Under the pieces are notes generated by a model that did no database searches, had not been told where the DNA came from, and was given only the letters and a program-made list of their open reading frames with translations. The translations under genes were made by a program, and so were the position numbers. 31,254 bases of DNA from Deltaproteobacteria bacterium TL4 (GTDB lineage: Bacteria > SAR324 > NAC60-12), in NCBI GenBank assembly GCA_051382335.1, contig JBBCAX010000041.1, positions 1-31,254 on the forward strand, given 5' to 3'. Shown here in pieces: positions 1-8,802 of this stretch; position 1 is the first letter of the stretch; each line of letters begins with the position of its first letter.

Positions 1-281
1 ATATGTTTATTATATGCAACTGAATTCATTTAGGTTAAATCCCGAACACCTATGATGTACCAATTGGCAATTTGAAAGGCAAGTTCCATTTTATCCGCAG
101 TATCTGAATCCCAGAAGGCACTAGGGTAAAAGGCCGCCACTAAATCTCAGCCGTAACGATAGTAATGTCTTGAAAATTTAACATTCTTCTGTCTAATCTC
201 CGTTAAATTTAAGCTCCGTCCTCATCAATTTTAAATTTTTGAGACCAAACTGGAATAACCTTATTTTAAAAAATCCGCCTT

Positions 282-1319
282 ATGCCTTTAGTTGCTCACA
301 CCGCTCTTCCAACCTTTGATGAATTACGAGAAGATGGAGAATCCGTACTGACCCTTGATAATGCGCTTCGTCAAGATATCCGGGAGTTGCACATTGGTTT
401 GCTCAATATGATGCCGGATGCGGCTTTACGTGCGACCGAACGTCAATTTATGCGTTTGGTTGGAAGCTGTAACCCCATTGCCCAATTTTACGTTCATCCT
501 TTTTCCATAGACGGTTTGGTTAGAGAGCCTAAAACCCAAGAGTATATTGAACAGTATTACACGACCTTTGACCAGGTGAAAAAAGACGGTTTGGATGCGC
601 TCATCATTACAGGAGCGAATGTCGCCAATCCTATGCTGGATCAAGAACCCTTCTGGCATACTTTAAAGGAGGTGATCAGTTGGGCTACCGGAAATGTAAC
701 CTCCGTGTTGTGCTCCTGTCTTTCCACACATGCGTTGGTCAAACATTTATATGGCATTGATCGTTATCTGCTACCTCAGAAACTTTGGGGAGTGTTCCGG
801 CATCGAATCACCCAAGTCAAACATCCAATCCTCCGAGACATCAATACCCGGTTTGATGTTCCACAGTCACGATATAACACGATTCTTCGGGATCAATTAG
901 AAAAGGCGGGACTTACGATTTTGGTAGAATCGGAGGATGGTGGTGTGCACATGGCTGTCAGTCCCGATAACCTGAGCATCTTTTACTTTCAGGGACATCC
1001 GGAGTATGACAGCAACAGTCTGCTCAAAGAATACAAACGGGAAGTTCAAAAATTTTTAAGTGGGGAATTGGAAAGCTATCCAACCTCTCCCCAAAACTAC
1101 TTTTCCAGCGCTTCAGAAGTCATTATTGAAGAATACAAACAAATGATCTACGTTGCAAAAAAGAGGGGAACTCCGATACCTCCCTTTCCAGAACAACGAA
1201 TTGAAGACCATTTGGACAATACTTGGAGAGATACTGGAAAAGCCATCTTCAACAACTGGCTCGGTTTGGTTTACCAGAACACGCCTTACGGTAAGCCTCA
1301 TCCCTCCATTGTTTTGTAA
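282..1319 (+). CDS. metA: Homoserine O-acyltransferase, MetA family (probably O-succinyltransferase)
   Basis: 345 aa ORF with MetA motifs QDIRELHIGLLNMMP, IITGANV, nucleophile region CSCLS, FDVPQSRYN and FQGHPEYD; lies upstream of a sulfhydrylase gene. Confidence 0.93.
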   Translation: MPLVAHTALPTFDELREDGESVLTLDNALRQDIRELHIGLLNMMPDAALRATERQFMRLVGSCNPIAQFYVHPFSIDGLVREPKTQEYIEQYYTTFDQVKKDGLDALIITGANVANPMLDQEPFWHTLKEVISWATGNVTSVLCSCLSTHALVKHLYGIDRYLLPQKLWGVFRHRITQVKHPILRDINTRFDVPQSRYNTILRDQLEKAGLTILVESEDGGVHMAVSPDNLSIFYFQGHPEYDSNSLLKEYKREVQKFLSGELESYPTSPQNYFSSASEVIIEEYKQMIYVAKKRGTPIPPFPEQRIEDHLDNTWRDTGKAIFNNWLGLVYQNTPYGKPHPSIVL

Positions 1320-1428
1320 CCTGGGGAAATCCCCCCTAGGGAATTGTTTCAAAAGGCATGACCCCTCTTTAGTGTGGGCGATCTGACCGAACGAAGTATC
1401 AACCATTTTAAGAAAAGGAAACCAGCTG

Positions 1429-2703
1429 ATGAAGCCACAAACCTTAGCCATCCACGCAGGATACGAAACCGATCCAACCACGAAATCAGTCGCCGTTCCG
1501 ATTTATCAGACGGTCGCTTATGAATTTGATAATGCCCAACATGCCGCGGATTTGTTCAATCTGGCGGTGCCAGGAAATATCTACACACGAATGATGAATC
1601 CTACCGCTGATGTTCTGGAAAAACGTGTTGCCGCATTAGAAGGCGGTATTGCCGGATTGGCCGTTAGTTCAGGCAGTGCGGCCATCAATTACTCCATTCT
1701 GAACATTGCGGAACTGGGCAGTAACGTTGTGTCTGTTCCTCTACTTTATGGTGGAACCTATACATTATTCGCCCATATGCTTCCTAAACAAGGAATCGAT
1801 GTGCGGTTTGCGAAAGACGATAATCCTGCCAGTTTAGAAGCGCTGATTGATGATAAAACGGCCGCTGTCTACTGTGAAAGCATTGGAAATCCCGCAGGCA
1901 ATATTGTGGACCTTGAGGCCATTGTCAATATGGCAAACAAGCATGGTGTTCCTGTCATTGTTGATAACACGGTTGCGCCTATTTTGATTAAACCCATTGA
2001 TTATGGAGCCTCCATTGTGGTGCATTCTCTGACCAAATACATGGGCGGACATGGAAATTCTTTAGGCGGCGTCATCATTGATTCCGGTAAATTCTCCTGG
2101 GCTCAGTATGCGGAGCGTTATCCAATGCTCACCAAACCTGAACCCTCATACCACGGAGTTGTTTATACAGAAGCGTTAGGCCCCGCAGCTTATATTGGTC
2201 GAGCCCGGACCGTTCCTTTACGCAATACCGGTTCCGCGATCAGCCCGATGAATGCCTTTTTGATCTTGCAGGGCATTGAAACTTTGCCCCTACGAATGGA
2301 ACGTCATTGTGATAACGCACTGGTTGTCGCCAATTATCTCAAAAATCAGGCCAGTGTGACGTGGGTGAATTTTGCAGGACTCCCCGATTCTCCTTATTAC
2401 CAATTAGCGCAGAAATATACCAAAGGAAAACCCTCGGCGCTCCTCACCTTCGGTATCAAAGGCGGATTTGACGCGGCCGTTCGTTTTTATGATGCTTTGG
2501 GGCTGTTCAAACGTCTGGTCAATATTGGAGACGCAAAATCATTAGCGGCTCATCCCGCGTCCACCACTCACCGTCAATTATCCGAAAATGAACTCAAATT
2601 GGCAGGCGTCACTGCGGACATGATCCGTCTTTGTGTGGGTATTGAACACATTGATGACATCATTGCTGATTTGGAACAGGCACTGTCGAAGGCCTCCCGA
2701 TAG
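1429..2703 (+). CDS. metY: O-acylhomoserine sulfhydrylase (MetY/Met17-type, PLP-dependent Cys/Met metabolism family)
   Basis: 424 aa; AVPIYQT, GNIYTRMMNPT, LYGGT, VDNT, PLP-lysine motif HSLTKYMGGHG, VNIGDAKSL, HPASTTH; AAAGGA RBS upstream. Confidence 0.88.
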   Translation: MKPQTLAIHAGYETDPTTKSVAVPIYQTVAYEFDNAQHAADLFNLAVPGNIYTRMMNPTADVLEKRVAALEGGIAGLAVSSGSAAINYSILNIAELGSNVVSVPLLYGGTYTLFAHMLPKQGIDVRFAKDDNPASLEALIDDKTAAVYCESIGNPAGNIVDLEAIVNMANKHGVPVIVDNTVAPILIKPIDYGASIVVHSLTKYMGGHGNSLGGVIIDSGKFSWAQYAERYPMLTKPEPSYHGVVYTEALGPAAYIGRARTVPLRNTGSAISPMNAFLILQGIETLPLRMERHCDNALVVANYLKNQASVTWVNFAGLPDSPYYQLAQKYTKGKPSALLTFGIKGGFDAAVRFYDALGLFKRLVNIGDAKSLAAHPASTTHRQLSENELKLAGVTADMIRLCVGIEHIDDIIADLEQALSKASR

Positions 2704-2758
2704 GAGGCTGTCCGAGAAGAGGCTGGTAGGAGGCGCTTAAGCGAAGCGAGCGCACCAA

Positions 2759-2812
2759 CTGGGAGCGCAGGCGTCCCGCCTGCTTTTGCGGACAAGATGC
2801 CCGCGTTCCCAG
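2759..2812. repeat. REP-like 54-nt palindromic element, copy 1
   Basis: ctgggagcgc-aggcgtcccg-cctgcttttg-cggacaagat-gcccgcgttc-ccag: outer stem plus two inner hairpins, intergenic just after metY; 43/54 identical to the reverse complement of 30973..31026 by manual alignment. Confidence 0.8.
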
Positions 2813-2860
2813 AAAAGACTTATCGGGAGAAGTATATAACCCTTAAATTGAGAGAACCCT

Positions 2861-4423
2861 GTGAAGGCCACTCTGGAATTGATACTGAGTTTGGATCAGG
2901 CCGAAGATCCTTCAACACAACGCCAGTTGTTGGCTGAACAACTGAATATTTCACCTGAGCAGATTACAGCCGTAAGGTTAATTCAGCGCTCAATTGATTC
3001 CCGAAAAAACAAGATTCGGGTGTGTCTGAAATTTGAGGTGTTCTGGGAGGAACCCGCGCCCCAAGAAATTCCCATCACCAAAACTTATCCCAAGGTTTTA
3101 TCGAAGCGTCAGGTCGTGATCGTCGGTAGCGGTCCCGCCGGAATGTTCGCCGCGTTGAGATTGATCGAACTGGGTATCAAACCTGTCATTGTCGAGCGTG
3201 GAAAAAATGTCAGGGCACGTCGCAAGGATCTCGTGGCGATTCAAACCAAGGGACTGGTGAACGCTGATAGCAACTATTGTTTTGGTGAGGGGGGGGCCGG
3301 AACGTATTCTGATGGAAAACTGTACACCCGCGCCACCAAACGTGGAAATGTGGAAACCGTCTTACGCACCTTGATCGCTCACGGTGCGTCCCCCGATATT
3401 CTGGTGGACACCCATCCTCACATTGGTTCTAACAAATTGCCTGCGGTGGTTGTCGCTATGCGTAAAAGCATTGTTGAAGCCGGTGGGGAATTTTGGTTTG
3501 AAAATCGCGTCAATGATTTGATCCTGGATCCGCAACGGAGAATTCGAGGGGTGGTTTCGTTGACAGGAAACCGCTTTGAAGGCGAAGCGGTTATTTTGGC
3601 CACAGGCCATTCGGCCCGGGATGTTTTTGAATTGTTGCGGCATTATGAGATTGCCTTGGAGGCAAAACCCTTTGCCATGGGGGTACGCGTGGAGCATCCT
3701 CAACCCCTGATCGACCAGATCCAATACCATAAGACGGAACGGGATCCCCGCTTGCCCGCAGCCAGTTATCGACTGGCAGAAACGGTGCAAGGACGCGGAG
3801 TATTTTCCTTTTGTATGTGTCCGGGCGGATTTATTGTCCCGGCCGCTACCGCCCCGGATGAGGTGGTGGTCAACGGCATGAGCCTGTCCCGTCAGGATTC
3901 CCCTTATGCCAACGCAGGAATCGTGGTCTCTGTGGAGCTTGCCGATCTCGAACCTTATCAGGAACACGGTCCCCTGGCAGGGGTGATCTTTCAAAAAGGC
4001 TTAGAGCACCTGGCCTTTCAAGCTGGAGGGTGTCAACTGCGTGCGCCAGCACAGCGCCTTACCGATTTTCTGGAGGGACACCTCTCCCCGGATCTGCCTC
4101 CTTGCAGCTATAAACCCGGACTGTCTTCGGCTCCCTTGCACGAATTGTTGCCGGTTTCACTGGTGTCGCGATTACAGGAAGGGTTCCGGAGATTTGAACA
4201 TAAAATGAGGGGTTATGTGACTAAGGAAGCGGTGATCCTTGGGGTTGAATCCCGCACCAGTACCCCCACGCGAATTCCTCGAGATCCCCAAACCCTCGAA
4301 CATCCTCAAATTCCAGGCTTATATCCCTGTGGTGAGGGTTCGGGATACGCAGGGGGCATTGTCTCTGCCGCTATGGATGGCATCAGGGTTGCGGATGCGT
4401 GTCACGTAAACGTCCGCTCCTGA
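2861..4423 (+). CDS. Uncharacterised FAD/NAD(P)-dependent oxidoreductase (COG2509-like)
   Basis: 520 aa; Rossmann motif VVIVGSGPAG, FGEGGAGTYSDGKL, ATGHSARD, SFCMCPGG, NGMS, YPCGEGSGYAGGIVSAAMDG. Confidence 0.85.
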   Translation: MKATLELILSLDQAEDPSTQRQLLAEQLNISPEQITAVRLIQRSIDSRKNKIRVCLKFEVFWEEPAPQEIPITKTYPKVLSKRQVVIVGSGPAGMFAALRLIELGIKPVIVERGKNVRARRKDLVAIQTKGLVNADSNYCFGEGGAGTYSDGKLYTRATKRGNVETVLRTLIAHGASPDILVDTHPHIGSNKLPAVVVAMRKSIVEAGGEFWFENRVNDLILDPQRRIRGVVSLTGNRFEGEAVILATGHSARDVFELLRHYEIALEAKPFAMGVRVEHPQPLIDQIQYHKTERDPRLPAASYRLAETVQGRGVFSFCMCPGGFIVPAATAPDEVVVNGMSLSRQDSPYANAGIVVSVELADLEPYQEHGPLAGVIFQKGLEHLAFQAGGCQLRAPAQRLTDFLEGHLSPDLPPCSYKPGLSSAPLHELLPVSLVSRLQEGFRRFEHKMRGYVTKEAVILGVESRTSTPTRIPRDPQTLEHPQIPGLYPCGEGSGYAGGIVSAAMDGIRVADACHVNVRS

Positions 4424-4519
4424 CTGTGCGTTTCATGGTTGGTTAGAGGATCTCCCTCAATTAATGGAGGTGCGGCATGCTTTCTTTGCAGAAAGCCTCT
4501 CCTCAAACGGAGCAGAGGG

Positions 4520-6157
4520 CTAAAAAGAAGAACCCTTCATGACGACCTCATCCAGAATTTCTCTTATTTTTTGTGCCAGGATATTGAGATCCACAGGTTT
4601 TTCGAGGGAGGCCTTAATCCCTGCTTTTTTCAGAGCTTCTTCGCTAAACATTTCACTGTAACCCGTAACCAGAATGACCGGAATCTTTTTTTTCAAGCGG
4701 CGAATTTGTTCCGCCAGCCGAAGGCCTGTCAGGTGGGCCATCATTTGATCCGTAATAACAAGATCAAAGGAGTGCGGAGTGGTTCTGATCATATCCAGGG
4801 CTTCCAAACTGCTTGAAGTTGAGGTCACCAGATAGCCCAGTTTTTCCAAGGCGAGAGTTTCCATGGTCAGCAAGATCTCTTCACTATCCACCAACAAAAT
4901 GGATTCTGTTCCCGTTATGCTGATCGAATGATCCATGTCCTCCACAATCACTGCTTGTGCTTTAGGCAAATAGATCAAAAACCGTGTCCCGTATTGAGGT
5001 TCACTTTTAACCTGAATCACTCCGTGGTGATCCCTGATGATCCCATCCGCGACAGAAAGTCCCATGCCTGTGCCTTCGGTTACAGGTTTTGTGGTAAAAA
5101 AGGGGTCAAAGATCTTATCCTGAATTTCTTTGGGAATGCCACAACCGGTATCGTGAACACTTATTTCATAATAACTGCCTTTTTTTTGAAGAATATTGGA
5201 GTATTTCTCAATATTTTCATACTCATTAATAGAAAGGGTCAGGGTTCCTCCCTCATCCCCGATCGCATCGATGGCATTAGAACACAAATTCATTAAAACC
5301 TGATGCATTTGGTCCGGGATGGCCAAAATATGGGCTTCATTGATGTGAATCGAAGAATTAATGACAATGCTTGAGGGGAGGCTGGCTTTTAACAATTTGA
5401 CGATTTCTTTAAAAAGCGGAACGAGATCCATAAACTGTTTTTGTTCCTGCGATCTTCTGCGACTGAAGGTTAAAATTTGACGGACCAGATCCTTGCCTTT
5501 TTTACCCGCATCCAGCACTTGTTTTAAACACTCTTTCAACATAGGGCGATCGTCGAGCTCCTGGATCACAATTTCGGTATAACCTAACATTGCAAACAGG
5601 ATGTTATTGAATTCATGAGCCACCCCGCCCGCCAAGGTACCGATAGCTTCCATCTTTTGTGCCTGAAACAACTGTTTTTGTGTCAGCTTTAACTCCTGTG
5701 ACGCTTTGAGCAGGTTATCATTGAGGATGTGTTGAATTTCCAACGATTCTTGTAATTCATCTTTGATTCGATGCAGTTGCCGGATATTTTTGTGTGTGTT
5801 CAGTGCGGAAAGGATTCTGGATTTCAGCAAATGTTCTTCGACAGGCAAAAGCAAATAATCGGAAGCTCCCTGATCAAAGCACGCTCTCAAGATCATTGGC
5901 GCTGACTCGTCTGTTATCATAATCACAGGAACCGTGTGCGTGCTTGTGTGATTTTTTATGGCGTTCAGCATGTCAATAGTGCTGAGCGTTGAATCCTGGT
6001 TCCCCAACAGAATAAGCTCGATATTTTCATGATCCAAGGCCTCAACCCAGCCTGGAGACGCTGATAAATAGCGAGTGGTGTGTTCAATTTCTTTAATCCA
6101 AATTTCAATTTGTTCAAGCATTGATTTATTAACACCGATAATAAAAATATTTGCCAT
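4520..6157 (-). CDS. Hybrid sensor histidine kinase (degenerate N-terminal receiver, HisKA, HATPase, C-terminal receiver)
   Basis: QAQKMEAIGTLAGGVAHEFNN H-box, NLCSNA, DTGCGI, FDPFFTTK, GTGMGL; C-terminal REC with LVD, ITDQMM and EKP. Confidence 0.92.
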   Translation of the reverse strand: MANIFIIGVNKSMLEQIEIWIKEIEHTTRYLSASPGWVEALDHENIELILLGNQDSTLSTIDMLNAIKNHTSTHTVPVIMITDESAPMILRACFDQGASDYLLLPVEEHLLKSRILSALNTHKNIRQLHRIKDELQESLEIQHILNDNLLKASQELKLTQKQLFQAQKMEAIGTLAGGVAHEFNNILFAMLGYTEIVIQELDDRPMLKECLKQVLDAGKKGKDLVRQILTFSRRRSQEQKQFMDLVPLFKEIVKLLKASLPSSIVINSSIHINEAHILAIPDQMHQVLMNLCSNAIDAIGDEGGTLTLSINEYENIEKYSNILQKKGSYYEISVHDTGCGIPKEIQDKIFDPFFTTKPVTEGTGMGLSVADGIIRDHHGVIQVKSEPQYGTRFLIYLPKAQAVIVEDMDHSISITGTESILLVDSEEILLTMETLALEKLGYLVTSTSSSLEALDMIRTTPHSFDLVITDQMMAHLTGLRLAEQIRRLKKKIPVILVTGYSEMFSEEALKKAGIKASLEKPVDLNILAQKIREILDEVVMKGSSF

Positions 6158-6466
6158 AGAAAACCTGTTTGACGATAGACTTAAGCTGCTGAGGTTGAAT
6201 TATTGACTCGTTCGTATTCGAAAAATTTCAAAAACTAAAAGCCTGTCTTGTAATATCACTTGGAAACGTATATTTTTCAACTGGGCCTCCTATCGCCAAT
6301 TTTTACAAAAGAAGGGTAAGCCTTTAGATAAAGGGTACGTTTAAATTTTACGTTCAGTCTGACATCTTATATTTTTCAGAGACAATGAAAAGGCATAACT
6401 TCTTGCTTTTGACAAGTGCTTTTGACATTTCCTCACTCAATTCTGAGATCTTATACGGAGCAGTTC

Positions 6467-6937
6467 ATGGCGACTATTAAATCTATTATGACAGAGCCTC
6501 TCATTGTTGCTCAACCTGATGAATCCGTCGCAGTCGTTGTGAAACGTATGAAAGAAAACCAACTTGGCGCAATTTTGTTGCTAGATCAGGGGCAACTCTA
6601 TGGTATTTTTTCAGAACGTGACTTACTCAATCGTGTCGTTGCTGAAAATAAGGATGTTGCCAGCACTAAAATCAAAGAGGTCGCCACGATGGATCTTGTA
6701 GTGATTCAAGAAAACACGCCTATTAAGGATTGTGTTCGATTAATCAAAAATAACGGGTTCGGACATTTACCGGTTGTTGATGCTCAAAACGTGCCCAAAG
6801 GGATGATTTCCTCCCGTGACTTTTTGCAATACATGGTGAGTGAACTCGAAAATTTAATTGACGAAGCGATTTACAATGAACAACTCACAGAGGGGATAGA
6901 CCCTTATGATTTTATTGATGGTTGTACCCAATTCTGA
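6467..6937 (+). CDS. CBS domain pair protein
   Basis: Two CBS repeats (GIFSERDLL; HLPVVD...GMISSRDF). ATG 6467 is preferred over the upstream start at 6416 because of the GGAG RBS at 6457-6460. Confidence 0.88.
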   Translation: MATIKSIMTEPLIVAQPDESVAVVVKRMKENQLGAILLLDQGQLYGIFSERDLLNRVVAENKDVASTKIKEVATMDLVVIQENTPIKDCVRLIKNNGFGHLPVVDAQNVPKGMISSRDFLQYMVSELENLIDEAIYNEQLTEGIDPYDFIDGCTQF

Positions 6938-6997
6938 AAAGGAAAGGGGATACCCCTACAGAAATCTTGCTGTGGCTCTACGGTCACAACAGTTTGC

Positions 6998-8458
6998 TTA
7001 TATTTTGTGAACATTGTGGAAATGGCTTTCCTGAAGTCCTGCCGGTGTTATTTCGATAAATTCGGCTTTTTCCTGGAGCTCCCTAAGATTGAGCGCGCCT
7101 CCATAACTCAGGGCGGACCGAAGCCCACCTACGAGTTGATAAATGATTTCCTGAATACTTCCACGGTAAGGCACAACCGCCTCAACTCCCTCTGGCACCA
7201 CTTTATCCCAATCTTTCTGATGCTCCGCGCTTTCATCATTTGAGGATTCAGAAATCTTACGTTCGATGGCTGCGCCTAAAGAAGCCATTCCCCGGACTAC
7301 TTTTACCTTTTGTCCATCCCGAATAACGGTAGCGCCAGGAGCTTCTTCACAGCCCGCAAACAAACTGCCAATCATGACCGTGCTGGCTCCAGCCGCAATC
7401 GCTTTTGCCAGGTCACCAGAGGTTCGGATTCCGCCATCGGCAATAATCGGAATATCAATTTTGGCTTCCATCAACCCCTCCACACTGTCCATAATTGCGG
7501 TCAGTTGCGGTACGCCAAAGCCGGTTACGATACGGGTGGTACAAATGGAGCCGGGACCGATGCCGACTTTAATCGCGTCAACTCCTGCTTCAGCCAAATC
7601 CCGAGCCGCCTCCTTTGACGCGATATTTCCTGCGATTATCTGTATTGCTGGGAACCTTTTACGCAGTTCCTTAATTCTTTGAAGGCAATGATCCGCATGA
7701 CCATGAGCAATGTCAACGACCAGGACATCGACTTCGGCGTCAACTAACTTTTCCGCCCGCTCAAGGTCCGTTGCTTGAATTCCAATGGCGGCACCGACAC
7801 GCAAACACCCATTCTGATCTTGAGTGGAGTTGGGGGATTGTTGATGTTTAATGATATCCTGCGCTGTAATCAACCCCACAAGTTGTCCCTTACTGTCAAC
7901 GATGGGAAGTTTTTCCAAACGGTGTTCATGCAAAAGCTTTTGCGCTTCCTCTCGACTGATCTCTGGAGTTGCGCTTACGATATGATCAGGTGTGGTCATG
8001 ACGGAGCTCACCTTGGCATTTTCGTTGGGTGCTAACAAAATATCTCTTTGCGTGACAATCCCGATCAGTTGTTTCTTTACATTGGTGACCACTAATCCCC
8101 CAACATCAAGATCTTGCATCCGTTTTCTTGCTTTTGAAATCAGCTCATCCTGAGAAATGGAATGTGGGGTTTTGAGCAGCAGGACTTCTGAACTTTTAAC
8201 CCTTTCCACTTGCCGGACTTGTTGCTCAATACTCATGAAACGATGAATGATCCCAATCCCTCCCGTTTTTGCCATGGCGATGGCCATGGCTGATTCTGTG
8301 ACCGTATCCATATTTGAACTCAGAATGGGGATGTTTAGCGGGATTTTTCGGGTCAACCAGGTGGACGTATCAACAGCGAAGCGCGAATCTACAGGGGAGC
8401 GCTTGGGGACAAGTAATACATCATCAAAGGTTAACCCTTTCTTGGCTCTAATCTGCAT
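6998..8458 (-). CDS. guaB: IMP dehydrogenase/GMP reductase family protein with CBS pair (GuaB-like; motifs suggest GMP reductase)
   Basis: [13 protein letters not shown] pair, catalytic loop [23 protein letters not shown]. Family assignment is firm; the specific activity is uncertain because the flap Arg-Tyr dyad is absent (see findings). Confidence 0.75.
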   Translation of the reverse strand: MQIRAKKGLTFDDVLLVPKRSPVDSRFAVDTSTWLTRKIPLNIPILSSNMDTVTESAMAIAMAKTGGIGIIHRFMSIEQQVRQVERVKSSEVLLLKTPHSISQDELISKARKRMQDLDVGGLVVTNVKKQLIGIVTQRDILLAPNENAKVSSVMTTPDHIVSATPEISREEAQKLLHEHRLEKLPIVDSKGQLVGLITAQDIIKHQQSPNSTQDQNGCLRVGAAIGIQATDLERAEKLVDAEVDVLVVDIAHGHADHCLQRIKELRKRFPAIQIIAGNIASKEAARDLAEAGVDAIKVGIGPGSICTTRIVTGFGVPQLTAIMDSVEGLMEAKIDIPIIADGGIRTSGDLAKAIAAGASTVMIGSLFAGCEEAPGATVIRDGQKVKVVRGMASLGAAIERKISESSNDESAEHQKDWDKVVPEGVEAVVPYRGSIQEIIYQLVGGLRSALSYGGALNLRELQEKAEFIEITPAGLQESHFHNVHKI

Positions 8459-8802
8459 TTGATTATTTTCTCCATTAGTTTTTTATCTGTTTTCTTACAA
8501 TTGTGAACGCGTCATTGGGAGACTCATCCCCTCAGAAAATTGGCACCACTCCCCCTTGAGTGTCTCTTTTCTTTTTAGAATTCATCACTTCTCATTGCAT
8601 AACATGTGTTAATATTTATTTCCATTGCAAAACTTCCAACATTTCGATAAAAGCTAACTATTGTATCGATTTTCTATGGCCTAAATAGAAGTTTTGTTCA
8701 GCGTTGACTTACCCTGCTCCTGTTTGCGCTGAGACATTCCCCCTAGAACCGATGCTGTTCTATAAGTCACAAAATGATTCGAGTTTAGGATAAAGGAAAT
8801 TC

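Noticed and set aside
60..281. SAM or SAH riboswitch upstream of metA
   Set aside because: Expected from context, but I could not match SAM-I, SAM-II, SAM-V or SAH consensus elements by eye; an Rfam/Infernal scan is needed.
3362..3994. 210 aa minus-strand ORF
   Set aside because: Antisense shadow of the FAD oxidoreductase.
6938..6997. Bidirectional terminator between the CBS gene and the guaB-like gene
   Set aside because: Only short hairpins (aggggatacccct) with no clear U-tract on both sides; too weak to call.
8540..8560. Sigma-54 promoter (tggcac) upstream of the REC-PP2C gene
   Set aside because: There is no TTGC at the required -12 spacing; aggcataacttcttgc at 6391 is also off by one base.
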